From assembly GCA_026025795.1 (NCBI GenBank), contig JAPEUG010000018.1, forward strand, positions 1-64,000: DNA of 64,000 bases, in the 5' to 3' direction. The position numbers and the translations under genes were made by a program. The DNA is from Thelocarpon superellum (Eukaryota). Under the pieces are notes generated by a model. It saw nothing but the letters and a program-made list of their open reading frames with translations, was not told the origin of the DNA and made no database searches. This document shows positions 24,941 to 38,000 of this stretch, piece by piece. Every line of letters starts with the position of its first letter. Position 1 is the stretch's first letter.

Positions 24941-27041
24941 CCGTGGGGACGCGGGCGCTCGTGGGCGGCGTCGGGTGCAGCGGGTGGGGAGTGGCCATTG
25001 CCTTATCACGACCGTGGCAGGGATGAATGCCTTCATGTGGAGCGGCTTTGAGGCGTTTCAACGTCTTTATGGCGAGGTGAGGTGCACGTCGGCACGGCGT
25101 TGAGGATGGCTTCCGACGAGACCTACATTACCTTTGATGGCGCGTTCGCGCTTGCGTATCCGTCCATGGGCCATATACCCCATCGCTTTCGGACAGTATC
25201 CCTAGTAGGGAACGTCGAGCCCGTAACATACATCATTTATTGCATCGCATCGACCGGCATGTCGGTATTTCACTGCGTCGATGATCGCCCTGGGAGTCGA
25301 GCCCGGACCGAGCCCGGACCGTACGGCCAAGCATCACGCATCCGCGTGTGATCCGCGCCCCCCACTCCGGTCCCGAGCATCACCAAGACCAAGCAACGCA
25401 GTGCACTCACGGAGCTACGAAATAAAAACGATCGTCCGCAGATTCCTTGGTCTGTGTGCGAGGATGCGACACAATGAGAGTACACGACCGGCGTACGGGA
25501 TGTCCTAGATCTTCAGACGACATGCAAAGTTCCGGTCACAGTCAGCATCAGGAAGGCTCCCATGGTAGTGGATCGTACGACTAGTAATCTGAGGATAGCC
25601 GATACGTCTGAAGGACAATGTGGGGCCGGCGCTTTGGCCGCTGAGAACGCCGCAGGAATGGAGAAATCAGGTTGAGCTCTTGGGAGAGACGAAGCCTCCT
25701 TCGAACGACAACCAGCTTCGTCTGGAGTGCTAAGAGCATGCCACCCAAGCAAAAGTCCTGGGGTGTCGGGCCACACAGGGTACGAAAGTACCGACCCACA
25801 TTCATGATGAAGATTTCTATAATGGATACCTAATTCGTAGGACGGCAGCGGGTTGCGGTAATGTACCCCAGGGTCTCTGAGCCGGACTTGGAGATCCGAA
25901 TCCTCCGCACGCCACCGCATTTGACCGCTCTTACGATGGTCACATCTTTCGTGGGAGCGGCCGATACCGGTCGGTACGAGCAGGTTTGCTGATGATGAGC
26001 AAGCGCAGTTCTACCGTGCTCGAGCGATTCAACAATACGCGATCAGCACGCTACGGACCTGCAGCTTTTCTGCCATCGTCCCTCGCCACCGCGTCCTCTC
26101 ACTCCCCCGATTGTTCCATGTACCCCACCAACTCTGTTCTAGCATCTTCTTGGTCCTTCTCATTGCGGGCTCACCGCAAGGGAACGGTCGTCCGATGCGG
26201 TGCACATGGCCGGTGGTGCTCTTCGACTGAGCCTGTAGGCCGCACCCGTCGAGCGTCGTGACTGACTGCCGGGCCATCCCCGCACACCCATTGCCGGGCC
26301 GTTGCCCAACAAATGAGAGCTGCAGCGGCGACAGTCAGCGAGCGTCGACCTTGGCGGGGCCCCAGCACCGAAACGGTAGGTTAGGCGAAAGGAAGTGGGA
26401 CGTTTGGCGTGCTGGCGACCCCCAAGCTCGACAAGGTTGTCTCAACAACAGCTAAAGCTGCCCTACGTAGCGACTCTCCGGGCTTTTGGTTGGCTCCTCA
26501 TTTCATGCTGGCCCAGGAATGCCCACCACGGAAACGACGTAATGGGGACAGAAGTTTCGCAGTAGTTCTGCTCGTAGCTCAGGGCCATCCACCACCAGTA
26601 TCTTTTCCCTCCGATTTCCACTGCCAGGGTACGGTAGATCTGTAGACGATCCCCAACGTGACCCCCCGTCGCCCAATTCTTCCATCCGTCACAGATCAGT
26701 GCCTTGTTCCTTCGGCCACACTGCTTCATTACCCTCAAGGACATCGCCCAGCCTTGCGTCATCCTGCCGTCTCTCCTGACGAAGTCGGGCACACGACATC
26801 ACTGCCATCGATCCGTCCCTGTGGCACCCCTCGGCCATCCAACGGCTCTCACCTGGTCAGACGTGCCAGCAGATGACCGGTGCATGGGTGTGGCCATTGC
26901 TCCCTCGCAAGGCTTCCTCCTCCCACGCCCCCCTCCCCTAAATACCTCCTCCCCAGCTGGCGCCCTTGCCGCCGTGCCCACCGCTTCTCTCCCGCTGACG
27001 AGCTCCATCGCGGTCGCTCATCCTTGGGCTTCCCACCCATC

Positions 27042-30000
27042 ATGGCTGCGGACGACGTTCCCACCACGTCGAAGCCCGCGATGACCAACGGTTCGTCGTC
27101 ATCCCCAGCCAATGGCACCAACGGCACCCACGGCGCTCCCTCTTCCTACGCCGCCAAGCACAACCTCCCCGCCCACTTCATTGGTGGCAATCACCTCGCC
27201 GTGGCCCCGCCGGGTCGGGTCAAGGACTTTGTCGCCGCCCACGACGGCCACACGGTCATCACATCCGTCCTCATCGCCAACAATGGCATTGCCGCGGTCA
27301 AAGAGATTCGCTCCGTCCGAAAATGGGCCTACGAGACTTTTGGCGATGAGCGGGCCATCCAATTCACCGTCATGGCCACGCCTGAGGACCTTCGTGCCAA
27401 CGCCGACTACATCCGCATGGCCGACCAATACGTCGAGGTCCCCGGCGGCACCAACAACAACAACTACGCCAACGTCGAACTGATCGTCGACGTGGCCGAG
27501 CGAATGGGCGTGCACGCCGTCTGGGCCGGATGGGGTCACGCTTCGGAGAACCCGGCCTTGCCCGAGTCCCTCGCGGCCTCCAAGATCGTCTTCATCGGAC
27601 CACCCGGCTCCGCCATGCGATCTTTGGGTGACAAGATCTCCTCCACCATCGTGGCACAGCACGCCAAGGTCCCCTGCATCCCCTGGTCCGGCACCGGCGT
27701 CGACACTGTGCACGTGGACGAGAACAACCTCGTCACCGTCGACGACGACGTCTATGCCCGTGGATGTACGCACTCGCCCGAGGAGGGCCTGGACAAAGCC
27801 CGCGAGATTGGCTTCCCCGTCATGGTCAAGGCCTCCGAGGGCGGTGGCGGCAAAGGCATCCGAAAGGTCGAGAATGAGGACGAATTCATCGCCAAGTATA
27901 AGAACGCCGCGTCGGAGGTTCCGGGCTCACCAATGTTCATCATGCAGCTGGCCGGCAACGCCCGCCATCTCGAGGTCCAGTTGCTGGCCGACGAGTATGG
28001 CAACAACATCTCGCTCTTCGGCCGTGACTGCTCCGTCCAGCGGCGTCACCAAAAGATCATCGAGGAGGCCCCCGTGACCATTGCCAAGCCCGCCACCTTC
28101 CAGGCCATGGAGAAGGCGGCAGTACGTCTCGGCCGCCTGGTCGGGTACGTGTCCGCCGGTACCGTTGAGTATCTCTACTCGCACGCCGACGACAAGTTCT
28201 ACTTCCTCGAGCTCAATCCTCGTCTGCAGGTCGAGCATCCCACCACCGAGATGGTCAGCGGCGTCGACCTGCCCGCCGCCCAGCTCCAGGTCGCCATGGG
28301 TCTGCCCCTGCACCGTATCCGCGATATTCGTCTGCTGTACGGCGCCGACCCCCAGACGGCCACCCCGATCGATTTCGACTTTGCCCGCCAGGACAGCGTC
28401 AAGACGCAGCGCCGACCCACGCCTAAAGGCCACACGACCGCCTGCCGCATCACCTCGGAGGATCCGGGCGAGGGATTTAAGCCCTCGAGCGGTACGATGC
28501 ATGAGCTGAACTTCCGCAGCAGCTCCAATGTCTGGGGCTACTTCTCCGTCGGCACCGCCGGTGGCATCCACAGCTTCTCCGACAGCCAATTCGGGCACAT
28601 CTTCGCCTACGGCGAGAACCGATCGGCCTCGCGCAAGAACATGGTGGTCGCGCTCAAGGAGCTGAGCATCCGTGGCGACTTCCGCACCACCGTGGAGTAC
28701 CTCATCAAGCTGCTCCAGACGCCCGCCTTCGAGGGAAACACCATCACCACCGGTTGGCTCGACGAGCTCATCTCCAAAAAACTGACCTCGGAGCGCCCTG
28801 ACACCATTCTTGCCGTCGTCTGCGGTGCGCTCACCAAGGCCCACGTGGCCAGCGAGGCCTGTCTGGCCGAGTACCGCACCGGCCTGGAGAAGGGCCAAGT
28901 CCCCGCCAAGGACATCCTCAAGACCGTCTTCCCGATCGACTTCATCTATGAGGGGCACCGCTACAAGTTCACCGCGACCCGCTCGAGCAGCGATAGCTAT
29001 CACCTCTTCATCAACGGCTCCAAGTGCGCGGTCGGCGTCCGTGCCTTGAGCGACGGCGGCCTGCTGGTCCTGCTGAACGGACGCAGCCACAACATTTACT
29101 GGAAGGAGGAGGTCGGCGCCACCCGCATGAGCGTGGACGGCAAAACGTGTCTGCTTGAGCAGGAGAACGATCCGACCCAGCTGCGGACCCCGAGCCCGGG
29201 CAAGCTGGTCAAGTTTTCCGTGGAGAATGGGGAGCATGTGCGCGCGGGCCAGGCCTTCGCGGAGGTGGAGGTGATGAAGATGTACATGCCGCTCCTCGCC
29301 CAGGAGGACGGCATTGTGCAGCTGATCAAGCAGCCGGGCGCCACGCTCGAGGCCGGCGATATCCTCGGCATTCTCTCGCTCGACGATCCGTCGCGCGTCA
29401 AGCATGCGCAACCCTTCTCCGGCCAGCTGCCCGACCTCGGCCCGCCCCAGGTGGTGGGAAATAAGCCACCGCAGCGCTTCGCCCTACTCCACAAGATCCT
29501 GCAGAACATCCTCTTGGGCTTCGACAACCAGGTGATCATGGCCGCCACCCTAAAAGACCTCATCGAGGTCCTGCGCGATCCCGAGCTGCCCTACGGGGAA
29601 TGGGCCGCTCAGATCTCGGCCCTGCACGCACGCATGCCCCAGAAGCTCGACGCCAATTTCGGTCAGATCGTCGAACGCGCCAAGGCGCGCAAGATCGAGT
29701 TTCCGGCCAAGCAGCTCCAGAAGGTCATGGTCCGCTTCCTCGACGAGCACGTGGCGCCGCACGACGTGGACGTCCTCAAGGCCGCATTGGCCCCGCTTGA
29801 CGATGTCATGACTCGCTACGGCGAGGGGCTGAAGCCCCACGAATTCTCCGTCATCACTGGCCTGCTCGATCAATACTGGGACGTAGAGCACCTCTTCTCC
29901 GGCCGCAACGCCCGTGATGAGGATGTCATCCTGCGCCTACGCGACGAGCACAAGGACGATATCCCCGCCGTCGTGCAGTCGGTCCTGTCCCACAGTCGCA

Positions 30001-33000
30001 TTGGCGCCAAGAACACTCTGGTCCTGGCCATCATGGAGGAGTACCGGCCCAATAAGCCACAGGCCGGCAGCCTCGCCAAGTACTTCCGCCCCACCCTCAA
30101 GAAGCTGACGGAGCTCGAGTCCCGCGCCACGGCCAAGGTTGCCTTGAAGGCCCGCCAGGTGCTCATCCAATGCGCCCTGCCCTCTCTCGAGGAGCGCGCC
30201 GCCCAGATGGAGCATATCCTGCGGTCTTCGGTGGTCGAATCGCGCTACGGTGAAACCGGCTGGGAGCATCGCGAACCCAATTTCGATATCCTGAAGGAGG
30301 TCGTCGACTCCAAGTACACCGTGTTCGACGTCCTTCCGCTCTTCTTCGCCCACGCCGATCCGTGGGTGTCTTTGGCTGCCCTGGAAGTCTACATCCGCCG
30401 CGCCTACCGCGCCTACACCCTCAAGTCCATCGCTTACGTTCACGTCAACGAGCCGCCCTGCATCGTGTCCTGGGATTTCGTGCTGCGCAAGGTCGGGCAC
30501 GCCGACTTTGGCATGCCCATCACCTCCTCGAATCCCTCGACCCCCGGCACACCCGGCGTCGAAGGTGGCAACCCTTTCAAGCGCGTCAGCTCCATCAGCG
30601 ACATGTCTTACCTCGTCGATCGGACCAAGGACGAGTCCCCGCGCCGCGGCGTCATCGTGCCGTTGCAATATCTTGACGAGGCGGACGAGTATCTGATGCG
30701 CGCCTTGGAGGTGCTCCCGTCCACGGGCGCCCGTCGCAAGGCCAGCGGCTCTAGCCTACTCATTCCGGGCTATGCCGGCGGTCGCAAGGCACCCGAGGAG
30801 GAGCTCTCGGCGGTGTGTAACGTGGCCATTCGTGACGTCGAGACGGCCGACGACAGCGAGATTAGCGCGCGGCTGGCGCAGATTGTGCGTGATCACCGTG
30901 ACGAGTTGTTCGCCCGTCGGGTGCGTCGCTTGACCTTCATCTGTGGGCACCGAGACGGCTCGAATCCTGGCTACTTCACCTACCGTGGCCCGACGTACGA
31001 GGAGGACGACAGCATCCGGCACATCGAGCCCGCCCTTGCCTTTCAGCTGGAGCTACAGCGTCTCTCCAAGTTCCACATCAAGCCTGTCTTCACCGAGAAC
31101 CGGAATATCCACGTCTATGAGGCCGTGGGCAAGGGCGCCGAGTCGGATCGGCGCTACTTCACCCGCGCTGTCGTGCGCCAGGGTCGGCTCCGCGACGAGA
31201 TCCCCACGGAGGAGTACCTGATCTCCGAGGCGGACCGATTGATGACCGACATCCTGGACGCGCTGGAGATCATTGGCAACAACAACTCTGACCTCAACCA
31301 CATCTTCATCAACTTCTCCCCAGTCTTCCCGCTGGAGCCGCGTGAGGTCGAAGAGGCCCTGGCCGGGTTCCTCGAGCGTTTTGGCCGCCGCGCCTGGCGC
31401 CTACGCGTCACGGGTGCCGAAATCCGCATCATCTGCACCAACCCGTCCACGGGCATGCCCTATCCCCTGCGCGTCGTCATCACCAACACCTCGGGCTACG
31501 TGATCCAGGTGGAGATGTACGCCGAGCGCAAGTCTGACAAGGGCGGCGAATGGATCTTCCAGAGCATCGGCGGCACCAACAAGATTGGCTCTATGCATCT
31601 CCGCAACGTCAACACGCCCTACCCCACCAAAGAGTGGCTTCAGCCGAAGCGCTACCGGGCCCACCTCATGGGGACGCAGTACGTCTATGATTTCCCCGAG
31701 CTCTTCCGACAGGCTCTCCAGAACAGTTGGACCAAGGCCGTGGCCAAGCACTCGTCGCTACGGGAGAAGCAACCGCCGACGGGCGAGTGCATGGACTACA
31801 GCGAGCTGGTGTTGGACGACTCAGACAACCTCGCCGAAGTGTCACGCGAGCCGGGCACCAACACCCACGGCATGGTGGGATGGATCGTGACGGCACGGAG
31901 CCCGGAATATCCGCGGGGCCGGCGCTTCATCATCGTGGCCAACGACATTACCTTCAAGATCGGCTCCTTTGGTCCGATCGAGGACAAGTTCTTCCACAAG
32001 TGCACCCAGCTCGCCCGACGACTGGGGATCCCGCGCATCTACCTGTCGGCCAACTCCGGTGCGCGCATCGGCATGGCCGATGAGCTTATCCCGCACTTCT
32101 CCGTGGCTTGGAATGATCCTGCGAAGCCCGAGGCCGGCTTCAAGTACCTGTACTTGACGCCGGAGCTGAAGAAGCGCTTTGAAGACGGCAAGTCGCGCGA
32201 TGTCATCACCGAAAAGATCACGGAGGATGGGGAGGAGCGCTACAAGATCGTCACCATCGTCGGCGCGGAAGATGGCTTGGGCGTTGAGTGTCTGAAGGGA
32301 TCGGGGCTGATCGCCGGGGCAACCTCACGCGCGTACGAAGATATCTTCACCATCACGCTGGTGACGTGCCGATCCGTGGGTACGTGCTCTCTACTCCCCT
32401 TCTCTATTTCGTGGCTTTCCTGGCTCAATGACTCACGGTGCTTAGGTATCGGGGCGTATCTTGTGCGTCTCGGTCAACGGGCGATTCAGATCGAAGGCCA
32501 ACCCATCATTCTCACTGGCGCCCCAGCCATCAACAAACTGCTTGGCCGGGAGGTGTACACGTCTAATTTGCAGCTGGGTGGCACGCAGATCATGCACAAG
32601 AATGGCGTGTCCCACATGACGGCAGCAGATGACTTTGAGGGCGTTTCGAAGATCATGGAATGGCTGTCGTTTGTGCCGGACCGGAAGAACAACCCAGTGC
32701 CCATCTCGCCCTCCGTCGATCCGTGGGACCGCGACGTGACCTACTACCCCCCCACCCGGCAGGCGTATGACGTGCGCTGGCTGATCCAAGGGAAAGAAGA
32801 GGTCGAGGGCTTCGCCACGGGAATCTTTGACCGAGACTCGTTCCGCGAGTCTCTCGGCGGTTGGGCTCGGACCGTCGTGGTGGGCCGGGCTCGTCTCGGC
32901 GGCATCCCGATTGGTGTCATTGCGGTCGAGTCACGGTCGGTGGAGAATGTGACGCCGGCGGACCCGGCCAACCCCGACTCCACGGAGCAGATCACCAATG

Positions 33001-34017
33001 AAGCCGGCGGAGTGTGGTATCCTAATTCGGCCTTCAAGACGGCGCAGGCCATCAATGACTTCAACCACGGCGAGCAGCTGCCGTTGATGATCTTGGCCAA
33101 CTGGCGTGGCTTCTCAGGCGGCCAACGGGATATGTTCAACGAGGTGCTCAAGTACGGTTCGTACATTGTCGATGCCTTGGTCAAATTTGAGCAACCCATC
33201 TTCATCTACATTCCGCCCCTGGGCGAGCTCCGTGGTGGCTCATGGGTACGTTTCGTTCCCCCGTCGGGTCGGCAATGAAATCCGTGCTGACTAGGTGCCC
33301 TAGGTTGTGGTGGACCCCACCATCAACTCCGACTTCATGGAGATGTACGCCGACGAGGATGCCCGTGGAGGCGTGTTGGAGCCCGAAGGTATCGTGAACA
33401 TCAAGTACCGGCGTGAAAAGCAGCTGGAGACCATGGCACGTCTCGATGCCACCTACGCCGGCCTCAAGCGGTCTCTCAACGATGCCTCCGTCTCGGCGGA
33501 GCAGAAGTCGGACATCAAGACGAAGATGACGGAGCGTGAGGCCTTGCTACTCCCCGTCTACATGCAAGTATCGCTCCAGTTTGCGGACCTTCACGACCGC
33601 GCCGGTCGCATGCAAGCCAAGGGAACGATCCGACAAGCGCTGCGGTGGAAAGAAGCCCGTCGGTTCTTCTACTGGCGTCTACGGCGGCGCTTGAATGAAG
33701 AATATATTGTCAAGAAGATGAGCGGCACGTCGGGCCGCAACGTCGGCAGCCGTGACACGCATCTGGAGAAGCTCAAGGCTTGGTCGGGCGTGCCCCAATT
33801 TGAACAGGATGACCGAGCGGTGGCGATGTGGTACGAAGAGAACCGCAAAGACGTCTATGCCAAGGTGGAGCAGCTCAAGCAAGAAGGCGTTGCTCAAGAC
33901 GTCGCCACGCTGCTCCGCAACAATAAGGAGGGCGGGTTGAAGGGCGTTGCCCAGGTCTTGTCCATGTTGCCCGTGGCGGAGAAGGAGAACGTGCTAAAAT
34001 TCCTCTCGACCCAGTGA
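27042..34017 (+). CDS. ACC1: Acetyl-CoA carboxylase (multidomain, eukaryotic), 3 exons
   Basis: Biotin carboxylase (VLIANNGIAAVK, WAGWGHASENP, KASEGGGGKG, RDCSVQRRHQK, ELNPRLQVEH), biotin site EVMKM, carboxyltransferase (SANSGARIG, RSVGIGAYLVRLGQR, LANWRGFSGGQRDM, GGVLEPEG). Introns 32380-32445 and 33246-33303. An in-frame upstream ATG exists at 26880. Confidence 0.98.
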
Positions 34018-34247
34018 ACGACATCGTTCACTGGGCCTAGAGATGTCTGTATTCGTGTACTCCCTACCAATATAGAGACTCAGGGGGGAAAGGGGCAGAC
34101 GTGGGCGTTACTCGACGACCGCAACTACGTAATCTATGGTACTTTCATTACTTTCTGGCGATAAGAGACGCATCTGTGATGTTTCACGATTCTAGACCGT
34201 GTCGAGCTGTATCGAGCCTGTACGTGACGGACGGAACATACGCCACG

Positions 34248-34389
34248 CTCCCTCCCTCCCTCCCTCCCTCCCTCCCTCCCTCCCTCCCTCCCTCGCTCTC
34301 TCCCTCTCTCCCTCCCTCCCTACCTACCTCCCTCTCTCCGTCGACAGATCCACAGGCGTGCAGGTGCAGGTGCAGGCGCAGGTGCAGGT
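34248..34389. repeat. (CCCT)n microsatellite followed by (GTGCAG)n
   Basis: Directly visible ~230 bp downstream of the ACC1 stop codon. Confidence 0.9.
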
Positions 34390-35064
34390 GACACAGCCAC
34401 AGGCACATCTGGGCGCGTCTGGCCCGTCTGGGCCAAGATCAGAAACCGATAAGTAAACAGCGAAGGCACCGATCACCGATCACAGATCTCTTGGCGGGTA
34501 TATGCTCTGCCCCGCACGGCGACCCACACATTCCCCAATCCAGCACACGGTGCAGCAGTCTGTCCATCGCGGGACGTACGGTACGTGAGCAGCGTTCTTC
34601 CACCACGGGAGAGGGCGGGGGTACGGTGAGTGAGTAAAGTCAGCAGGGCCTAGTACCCCAGCGGCGTGACTGACGGCGGCGCACCCGGCCCGATTGGAAC
34701 CCTCTCGCATCTTGCATGCATGCTCCGTGGCGAGATCCTCATCGCGCCACCGACGCCCAAAGCGCCAAAGGGGGGGAAGGGGGCTAAGAGCAGGTGGAGG
34801 TGGATGTGGCAGCGGAGGTGGAGGGAGGGGTAGAAAGCAGGACGATGATAGGACGGGAGAGGTGCATGCACCAAGATAGGAAGGGAGAGGGCCTGCACCA
34901 GGATAGGATGGGAGAATGCGGCGCAAAAGAAGGCGTGCACTAGGATGCGTTCGAAGGAGCAGAGATGCACCACGATGGGAAAGAAAGGGAAGACATGCAC
35001 AAGGTGACCATTCCACCAACCGCAAAGACCTTCGCAACGCGCGGCACAGGCTCTCATTGGGCCG

Positions 35065-35090
35065 ATGCCATGCCATGCCATGCCATGCCA
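35065..35090. repeat. (ATGCC)5 microsatellite
   Basis: atgccatgccatgccatgccatgcca seen directly. Confidence 0.85.
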
Positions 35091-38000
35091 CGCCGTGCGT
35101 GCGACGGCGACGCTCCTCATCATCCGCCACCAGCCAGCAGCCATGACGACCGGGTACTGCGCGACGATGCGGCGACGCGCCGGACGAGGGCGACAGGACA
35201 GGAAGCAAGGCGGGAGGGAGCAGGGCGGCAGCAGACAGGGAGGTCTAGACTCTTCTCCACTCGCCCTTTGCCCCGCCGCTCCTGCCTCCCGCTCGTCCCG
35301 ATGACCGAACTCCTCCGCTCAACCCCACTTCGCGCCGCGGTGATATCAGAAAAAAATTCGCAGGCTTGTGTAACATGCGGCCGCTCCCGAGCCTGGGCGT
35401 TGGCCTGCCAGCCCCACCACCCTGCCACTCCGCTCGCTGCTGCTGCTGCTGCTGCCTCTTGGCGGACGTGCAGGCGGGCGTTCGGTCAGGGCCGAGGCAT
35501 CGCCCCCGGGTCCCGTCGCGGTCGTCCCCGAGGCCAGGCAGACAGGAGCCATGATACGAAAGCTTGGCGGCCCTTTCCCCCCTCCGACTACGGGCTGCCA
35601 CCGCAACTGCGACCCCGACCACGACTCCGTCCTTGGTAGGAGGGAAGGAGGGGAGGAGGGGAGGGGGTCCGCGCAATGGGGCACTCGTACGTGGACGCCG
35701 AGGCGCGCACCATCGTCATCCGAGGCTTTTCATCCACGCTCCCAAAGGATCCATCATCAAGACGTCTCATCACTTGGTGATAGGCGCTCGGTCTATCATA
35801 CCGATGGGCGTGATACGAGCCAGGCGCCCGACGAAAAACGAGTGGGCTGTACATCCAGACAAGAAGAGATAGATGCGGAGAGAGAGAGTCAGGAGCGATG
35901 TGCAGTCCCGGACGCGAATGTGGCAGGAATCGCCATCGTCTTTGCATCTTGCGCTCTTGCGCAGCTATGATTATCTTTCATGTCCCTTTTGGGCATTCAC
36001 ACCACGATCTCATCTTCTTTTTCTCCCTTCATGCAAGCTGCCACAGTACTCAGACATGGGCTGAGGAGCGAGGGAGAAGAGGGAGAAGAGGGAAAGAGGG
36101 GATAACACACACATAGCCTGCATTGTCCTATCGATACACGGTTGGCGATCAAACGGAAAGAAGCGCGATTGAACATGAGCACATCAGCACACCATGATGT
36201 GCTGTCTGTAGCTATCTTTATCCCACTGATCTTTGTCGGTCGACGATCATACGGCCATCCGGCGTGCGCCGTGCCCCGACCGGTCGGTCATGATCTCCCG
36301 TCGCGGCGGAGAGCCGGAAAACATGTGGCAGCGATGATCGGCCCCCCAGCCTCAGATCCGGCACGATTGCGGAGGTGGGCGTGAAGGGATACGAGAAGCG
36401 AGTCTCACGCTGAGCAGCGCGTCAGCCGATGGCCGAGGGGAGGAGAACATGTTTACCTGGCTGGTCGGTGGTTCGTAGGCCCGAGAATACCTCAAACGTG
36501 CCTCTCCTGACGATCCGTCGGGGCGTGGTCGGCCGGCTCCACTCAGGTGGGAGAAAAAGCGAGGCCGAGCGAGGAAGAGCAAGGAAGAGCGACGATCTTC
36601 GCCTACCACCACCTACCACGAGGAAGGACGCTCAACGCCACCACGAGGAAGAGGGTCGATCGTTGCCTTTTTGCCTCGACAGTACCGATCAAGACCGCGC
36701 GACCGTGCATTCAATGGCGGCGACGATCACGACTCGTACCGCGGCGGTACGAGTGCTATCATGCATTCGATAGGGCGGCCGACCACTACTGCTCTCGGAC
36801 CTCCCTTCTCAGTCGGTGCATCACAACAAATCCTGGTCGGCACGGTCGATTGGTACCCCGAAGAGCCGGTCGATCAATATTGGGCGTCGATATCGACCAG
36901 GGACACCGCTCATAAGAGCGACCGCTATAGAGGGATTCGGGGCGAGGGTTCGCTCAGGATCTTCACGGGCGTGGATCAAAGTGATCGGCGGAACGGAAGG
37001 AGCATCAGCCGTGACAAACGACAAATCCCTGGAACCTCGCCTTCCACCGCTATTCTTACCTGTCAGATCATTCGTCCCTGGGAGGGAACGGATCCTCGAT
37101 GCATGCAGCGCCCGGCTGACGTCCGTTTCGACCTATAATGACAGCCGAGGCCAGAGAATGCAAGTGCGACCCGCCGTGCTACCACCACCAGGAGCCCTCG
37201 TAGATCGCCCTCTTCCGCTCTACTACGCCCTCTCCGACGAGCCCGTTGGTGATATTCGCTGCTGTTATTGCATTGCACGATGCGGGCGCCAGGGGTAACA
37301 GAAGTGACGTCCATGACGAGGGTCAATACTAGCTTGAGCTATGGCCCGGCGGTTTCACCACCATGGAGGACGGACGGACGACTGGGCCGAGAAGCCGGTC
37401 GGACTGAGATCGCGCCGTAACAAAGCAGCACGCCATCATCGTCATCGTCATCGCCATCATCCATCTACGTGTAGCTGTGAGCCAGACGTGCCCGATTCTT
37501 GTTAGACTTGGCCCGCCGTCGCGTGTAACAGCTGCGTATTGCAACGCGACAGGACAGGGAAGACAATGGGAAAAGTTCCCCAGTCCCCACGCATCCGCCA
37601 CCGGTATGGCGTCTGGAGCGCGTGTAACCGCCGGAGTCCGGACTCGGATCGTAGGAGAGCATGGCCGGTCGTACGAGAACAGTTGAGTAATCGGAAATCC
37701 GATCGAGATGCAAAGTCGGCCCATGGTCGTACGGCGAGAAGAATGTCTGATGGACCCAATGCGTTCAAGTGAGGTACGGAGTCGAGCAAGATGACTCGCC
37801 TCACTGCTGTGCAAGGACCCGGAGGAGATGCCTCTCTCTGGACGAGCATGGTTTCGACCCAGGCCAGCTGACCCTCTGCACCTTCTTGCGTCGGCGTCCG
37901 TGTCCGTCAGGCGCGTCGGGCCTGTGCACCGCCGTGGATAGGGATGAGCTCACAGGGCCGGGCAGAAAATGGCATCGGCTTGGCTACGATTGTTTCTCGG

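Noticed and set aside
25804..25880. ATGATGA...CTGA pair resembling a C/D box snoRNA
   Set aside because: No terminal stem and only about 8 nt of possible rRNA complementarity; cannot be supported without snoscan/Infernal.
27927..29411. 494-aa antisense ORF inside ACC1, and similar long antisense ORFs over the HeLo fusion, nudE, CDC27 and xfp
   Set aside because: Shadow ORFs expected from strong GC3 codon bias on the coding strand; no protein motifs.
34843..35005. CRISPR-like repeat-spacer appearance
   Set aside because: Eukaryotic context, repeat cores only 5-13 nt and degenerate, no cas genes.
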